DNA of 64,000 bases, taken from positions 1,056,001 to 1,120,000 of the forward strand of contig OY970325.1 in assembly GCA_963717145.1 (NCBI GenBank), written 5' to 3'. Positions 58,998-64,000 of this stretch are shown piece after piece. The notes beneath the pieces are model-generated. The model saw only the letters and a program-made list of their open reading frames with translations. It searched no databases and was not told the origin of the DNA. The first letter of the stretch is position 1. Each line of letters starts with the position of its first letter. The position numbers were made by a program, and so were the translations under genes. Origin of the DNA: an uncultured Armatimonadetes bacterium. Its GTDB lineage: Bacteria > Armatimonadota > UBA5829 > DTJY01.

Positions 58998-59495
58998 CTT
59001 CCTCCGCTCCATCTCGAGCAATCTCACTTTCCAGTGGAGGCCGCAACTGAAACCTCCGAGGCTGCCATCGGACCGGACCACACGGTGGCACGGGACGAGT
59101 ATCGGCACGGGATTCGAGCCCATCGCCTGTCCAACCGCCCGTGGACCGGCAGAACACCCGATCTGGTCGGCGATCCAGCCGTAGGACCGCGTCTCGCCAT
59201 AGGGAATCTCTCGCGCCTTCGCCCACACTCTGCGCCGGAAATCCGTATGGTCGGAAAGCTCCAGCTCGCAGGCAAAATCGACGCCATGACCGCAGAAATA
59301 GGCGGCAATCAGCGCGGCCTCGCCGGAGAAATCATCCAATGATTCGACAGCCTGGTCACCCGTTCCTGCCTTTACGGCGGACACGGCTTCTTCGCGAGTC
59401 GCCTTGGGGAGTTGGAGGTCGGATATCAGGGCGTCGCGTCCGGCGATCCCGACCCAACCCATATCGGTTTCGAATACGAAGTAGACTTTCTGCAT
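58986..59495 (-). CDS. ogt: Methylated-DNA--protein-cysteine S-methyltransferase
   Basis: IPYGETRSY, RAVGQA, active site PCHRV; start 59495 or 59510. Confidence 0.92.
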   Translation of the reverse strand: MQKVYFVFETDMGWVGIAGRDALISDLQLPKATREEAVSAVKAGTGDQAVESLDDFSGEAALIAAYFCGHGVDFACELELSDHTDFRRRVWAKAREIPYGETRSYGWIADQIGCSAGPRAVGQAMGSNPVPILVPCHRVVRSDGSLGGFSCGLHWKVRLLEMERRKGNG

Positions 59496-59706
59496 TTCTG
59501 ATCGGCTCATTATACCACGGAGGGGGTGAGTGGTGCATTTGACCGACCGTGCCGAATGCCGACATCCCCTTTCCGCGTATCCTTGCCAGTTCCCAGATTC
59601 TGTGATACTGTTGCTACAGGGATGTAGACGTCTCATCGGCGTCGTATAGGAGGCACGCACTTGCCAGAGATGACCTTCGTTGCGCCGTACACCTACGACG
59701 CGCTAG

Positions 59707-61294
59707 CAGCCTGTCCATGAAATAACCTCTGGCGCAAGGTGCCAGGTATGTAGTAAAATACGGGTATGAGCAAGCCATACCTTCCTTATCAACCTGACCA
59801 GATATTGCTGTTGCCGCCCTTGATGTCGGAGTGGCTGCCCGAGGGACATCTCGCATACTTTGTGAGCGATGTCGTAGACAGTCTCGACCTTTCCGCGATA
59901 TACGCCTCATACGAGAAAGAGGCCCGAGGAGCGCCGCCGTTCCATCCGGCAATGCTTACAAAGATCATATTCTACGGTTTGTGCCGGGGAGTGTATTCAT
60001 CTCGAAAGCTCTCCCTGGCCACGTATGAAGATGTAGCCTTCCGGGTGCTTGCGGCAGGAAATCATCCCGACTTCCGCACGATAAGCGAGTTCAGGAAGAG
60101 GCATCTCAAGTCCCTTGCGGACCTGTTTGTGCAAGTGCTCAGGCTATGCGCAAGCGCCGGGCTTGTGTCGATGAAACACATAGCCATAGACGGAACAAAG
60201 CTGCTTGCCAACGCAAGCAAGCACTCCGCCATGAGCTACTCTCGGATGGTCGAGAAAGAAAAAGAGCTTCAGGCTGAGATCGAGGCGCTCCTTGCGAAGG
60301 GTCTTTCTGTGGACGACCAGGAAGACGCGGAATATGGTCTTGACCGCCGAGGAGACGAACTCCCGGAGGAACTCGCAACCAGAGAGAAGCGGCTCGCCAA
60401 GATCAGGGAAGCAAAAGAAGCGCTGGAGCGCGAGGCCAAAGAGCGAGCATCAGCCGAAGAAGCGATGCGAGCCCAAGAGAAGGCGGAGCAGGAAGCATCC
60501 GGGAAGAAGCCTCGCGGCAGAGAGCCGGGGCCCGTAAAGACAGAGCCGGAAGGGAAGGCACAGCGGAACTTCACAGACCCGGAAAGCCGGATAATGAAGG
60601 ACGCAAAGAAAGCCTTCGTGCAGGCATACAACGGACAAGCTGCGGTAGACGCAGATCATCAGATTGTAGTGGCGTGTGATCTCACGAACCAGGCAGCGGA
60701 CTCACCGCATCTTAGTGACATGATCGAGGCAATCAAGGAGAACACCGGAAAGAAACCGGAAGAAGTATCCGCCGATGCCGGATACTTCAGCAGCGACAAC
60801 ATAGAGATGGTCGAGCAGCAAGGGATCGACGCTTATATACCGCCTGACAGACAACGTCATGGCAAAGAGCCGACGGCGCCTTCCTGCCTTGATCCGGCAA
60901 AGCAATCCGCCGCAGATCGCCAGAGAGCAAAGCTCTTGACTCCTCTTGGCCGAAAGATCTACGGGAGGCGGAAGGAGACGGTAGAGCCGGTGTTCGGCCA
61001 GATCAAGAGCGCACGGAACTTCCGAGGCTTCCTACTCCGAGGCCTTGCGAAAGCGAAGTCGGAGTGGACGCTTGCGTGTCTTGGGCACAACATGCTGAAG
61101 CTATACCGATACGGCGACCGGAAATCGATCTTCGATACGTAGATATATGACCTGGATCAGGCTGATTATCAAGGTACAAGGGGTCTTTACAGACCCTCGC
61201 CGGAAATCCGGCGAAAAACACTATCGAACAGCAGCCAGCGCGACCCCGCAGATGGGAAACTCACCCACATAGCGGGGAATTCTCAGACAGGCTG
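59707..61294 (+). mobile_element. IS1182-family insertion sequence
   Basis: Terminal IRs cagcctgtc / gacaggctg; CTAG on both sides (59703-59706, 61295-61298). Confidence 0.9.
59766..61142 (+). CDS. IS1182-family transposase
   Basis: WLPEGHLA, GAPPFHP, PDFRTISEFR, IDGTK, TDPESR, YNGQ, ADAGYFS, RKETVEPVFGQIK. Confidence 0.95.
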   Translation: MSKPYLPYQPDQILLLPPLMSEWLPEGHLAYFVSDVVDSLDLSAIYASYEKEARGAPPFHPAMLTKIIFYGLCRGVYSSRKLSLATYEDVAFRVLAAGNHPDFRTISEFRKRHLKSLADLFVQVLRLCASAGLVSMKHIAIDGTKLLANASKHSAMSYSRMVEKEKELQAEIEALLAKGLSVDDQEDAEYGLDRRGDELPEELATREKRLAKIREAKEALEREAKERASAEEAMRAQEKAEQEASGKKPRGREPGPVKTEPEGKAQRNFTDPESRIMKDAKKAFVQAYNGQAAVDADHQIVVACDLTNQAADSPHLSDMIEAIKENTGKKPEEVSADAGYFSSDNIEMVEQQGIDAYIPPDRQRHGKEPTAPSCLDPAKQSAADRQRAKLLTPLGRKIYGRRKETVEPVFGQIKSARNFRGFLLRGLAKAKSEWTLACLGHNMLKLYRYGDRKSIFDT

Positions 61295-62321
61295 CTAGTC
61301 CAAAAAGCGGTCCAATCCTCTCCGAAACACCTGGCGCATCCTTCTCATGCCGAGTTAGCCTCCGCCAGCCGTTCAGGTGTTCCTCGACACAACCATACGA
61401 ATCCTCGGTCACGTCAGAGTAATCCTTCGATTTCAGGGGTCTCCTAAACTTCAGGGCGCTCGTGTCTTTGGCGTAGAAGAGGATGGAGTCAAAGACGGAA
61501 GGAATGAACTCAGCAGTTCGATTGCTGGTAGTCCTAAACCTCAGCTCTGCTATGAAATTGGCGTCTCCGAATACCTCATCCAGCAACCCGCGCACCCGAT
61601 GCACGTTCTCATCCCCGATCTGGACGAAGATAGCCCCAGTGTCCGTTAGCAGATCCTGCGCAACCTTCAACCGATCCCGCAGGTAGGTCAGGTAGGAGTG
61701 GATGCCATCCCGCCAGGTATCACGAAAGGCCCTGACCTGTTCGGGCTCTCGGGTGATGTGATCGACCTTACCATCTTTCACGTCTCGACTCGTAGTTGAC
61801 CACTGGAAGTTGGAGTTGAACTTGATGCCATAGGGCGGGTCGATGTAGATGCACTGGACCTGGCCGCGCAGCCCTTCGCGCTCCGCCAGCGATGCCATCA
61901 CCTGGAGGCTGTCGCCCAGAATCATGCGGTTGGCCCAGTGCGCATCGTGCTGGTAGAAGTCGGTCCTCGCTCCATCGTCCGGCAGGCCGTTGAAGTCGGC
62001 GAAAAGATCGATCTGAGACTCAGCAGCTTTGGCATCTACCTTGCTGTGTCGCAGCAGGTCGTCGATCAACACCTTGGGCTGGACCTTCTCCTGTATGTAG
62101 AGCGGCGGGGCGTGAACCACCAGATCCGACCAGTCCTGCTCATCCTTCCCACGCCAGACCAGTTGCGGGTCGAGGTCCCGGTTCCGGCGCTCGTAGGCAA
62201 TGCTGACAGGGCTCTTCTCCGCCTCTTGCATGACCGACTGATGCTCAGCGGACGGGATGTTCTTCCGCGTGGCGTCAACATGCTTCAGTGTTTCAACGGT
62301 CTTGTTCGACTGCTTTGCCAT
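61295..62321 (-). pseudogene. Type III-like R-M DNA methyltransferase (Mod), truncated by IS1182
   Basis: DPQLVWRGK, NRMILGDSL, IDPPYG motif IV; no FxGxG motif I before the IS junction; last ~24 codons of track ORF are IS sequence. Confidence 0.88.
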
Positions 62322-62322
62322 A

Positions 62323-63999
62323 TCATGATCCTCGCATTTCCGGCTGGGCGGTCACGTCACCGATCATCTTGTTGAACTCAGCTTCGACTCGGGCCTCGAA
62401 ATCAGTCTCGATCTCGTAAACCTCCGTGAACTCGGCAGACGCCCAGCGGCCATAGGTGCCCAGGTTGTTCACACCCGGCACCCAGTAGGTGTCCATGGTG
62501 GTCTTCTTCTCTTTGGCATCCTCGCGCCGATAGCCCTTGATCTCTACGATCAGGTGCAGCAGGTCGTCCTCACCGCGACCGTCGTCCACCAGCACGATGA
62601 AGTCGGGGATGTACGTGCGCATCTCCGAGCCATAGCGGTACGGCACGTCGAGCCCTAGATTGTGATTCTTCACATAGGCCCGGACAGATGGATGCGATTC
62701 GGCCACTCGGCAGAACTCGGCCTCCCAATCGCTGTCGAGAATGACCCAGTTGATGTGGCAGCGCCGTGCGTCCGTCTCCCAGCGGCTGGTTCTCGATGTG
62801 GTGAAATTCACGTACATGGTCGAGCCGGTGGGGTTGTAGGGATCGAGCATCGCCTTGACGGGCCGTTGGCCTACAAGCGCGCGGGTGATGCCGGCGGTGA
62901 TGCGCTCGCAGGCCATATCCGCAAGCTCCTGATACATGAGCTGTGCCGGATAAGTGCCGCCTTTGCAGACCAGGCAGGTGTCGAGCCATTGCTTTGTGAT
63001 CCGCTTGAGTTGGCCAAACAGGTGCAACTTGGGCTCTTCGCCGGGATCGCGCCACTTGGTGTAGAGCAGACGCTGTGTGATATGGAACAGCAGCGTTGAA
63101 CGGCGCATATCGCCAGTATGGACGAGATTGAGATCGACGCCCTCGCCGATGATCCCCTGGTTCTTGGTGATCGAGGGGCCGACAAGGTCCGGGGTCAACT
63201 CCATCACCGAGTCCTCGTTGAACTCGGCGGTCAGCCGCTCCTCCGGCAGTTCGACTCTGTAGCCTGCCACGCGCGGGAACTGGATCTCAAGAGCAGCGCG
63301 GTCCGGGCGGACGGCCCTCACCTGGATGGTCTCGCGTGGCGGCTGAGGCGGGGCCACTACCGGCTTGGCGGTGAAGTCGAACGGAATCCCCAGGACATCG
63401 GCATACTCGACGTTGAAGAGGTTATCCTCGTTCAGATCGTAGGACTGCCGGCGCAACGCGCGGCCGATCACCTGCTCGCACAGCAGTTGGGTGCCGAAAG
63501 CGCGGACGCCGAGCACATGGGTGACCGTATTCGCATCCCAGCCCTCAGTGAGCATGGATACCGACACTACGCAGCGGATGGAGTCGCCGAGCCGGCCTGC
63601 CTTCCCGACGGTGTTCATTACCTCTCGGAGCAAGTCCTGGTCGGTGATGTTGTCGGCCTGGTTGCGATCGCCGGTGCGCTCCATGATCTCTCGCCGGAAG
63701 CGGTCGATCTCGTCGGATGCCATCGACCGGAAGCTATCGTCGAGCGCCTCACCGGATTCAAGCTGTACGCTGTCGATCAGTAGCGTACGAGGGCGACCGA
63801 GCGGATTGCCGTGCTCGTCGAAGTTGCGGAACAAGGCCAGCCGGCCATTCTCCAGAGTGCTTGAACCGTCTTCGTTCTCTCGCTGGAAACCTGAGATGTA
63901 GTCGTAGACCAGCTTGGACGTGGCGGTATTGTTGCAGACGACGATGAAACAGGGCGGCACTGTAATGCCGGCCTTCCCCCAAAGGTCGTAGGTCTTGAC
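62323..63999 (-). CDS. Type III-like restriction endonuclease/helicase (BPTD_3080-like), 5' part outside window
   Basis: SVSMLTEGWDA, LLCEQVIGRALRR helicase motifs; C-terminal YIPDFIV...IVEIKG PD-(D/E)xK nuclease. Confidence 0.88.
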   Translation of the reverse strand, partial: VKTYDLWGKAGITVPPCFIVVCNNTATSKLVYDYISGFQRENEDGSSTLENGRLALFRNFDEHGNPLGRPRTLLIDSVQLESGEALDDSFRSMASDEIDRFRREIMERTGDRNQADNITDQDLLREVMNTVGKAGRLGDSIRCVVSVSMLTEGWDANTVTHVLGVRAFGTQLLCEQVIGRALRRQSYDLNEDNLFNVEYADVLGIPFDFTAKPVVAPPQPPRETIQVRAVRPDRAALEIQFPRVAGYRVELPEERLTAEFNEDSVMELTPDLVGPSITKNQGIIGEGVDLNLVHTGDMRRSTLLFHITQRLLYTKWRDPGEEPKLHLFGQLKRITKQWLDTCLVCKGGTYPAQLMYQELADMACERITAGITRALVGQRPVKAMLDPYNPTGSTMYVNFTTSRTSRWETDARRCHINWVILDSDWEAEFCRVAESHPSVRAYVKNHNLGLDVPYRYGSEMRTYIPDFIVLVDDGRGEDDLLHLIVEIKGYRREDAKEKKTTMDTYWVPGVNNLGTYGRWASAEFTEVYEIETDFEARVEAEFNKMIGDVTAQPEMRGS

Positions 64000-64000
64000 G

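Overview
GC-rich bacterial chromosome segment. The lineage is not provable from the window; the combination of PEP-CTERM, T-box, CIRCE and selA/selC would fit a lineage such as Armatimonadota. The window very probably spans the replication terminus: a 28-bp dif site at 45260-45287 sits where gene orientation flips from mostly + to mostly -. Core genes are lon, T-box-valS, miaB-mutS-mutL, selA, tRNA-Sec, tRNA-Ala, pilT, gcvT-H-PA-PB plus lipoate ligase, rho, hpt, guaA, CIRCE-groES-groEL, gap-pgk-tpiA, rapZ-yvcK and ogt. Accessory content: (i) a TPR-HEPN (LA2681-like) gene convergent with a methyltransferase-endonuclease fusion, followed by an unknown gene preceded by a degenerate 21-bp-period array; (ii) an rve/DDE IS with repeat-rich ends; (iii) an IS1182 joining two different truncated genes at the edge of a type III-like R-M locus. 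Intergenic DNA is full of several unrelated palindromic miniature elements, one of which sits in-frame inside a GH57 gene. A candidate ~135-nt structured leader precedes a STAS gene. Three single-base frameshifts, one in pgk, suggest consensus errors in the assembly. All calls come from reading motifs by eye; no database search was run.
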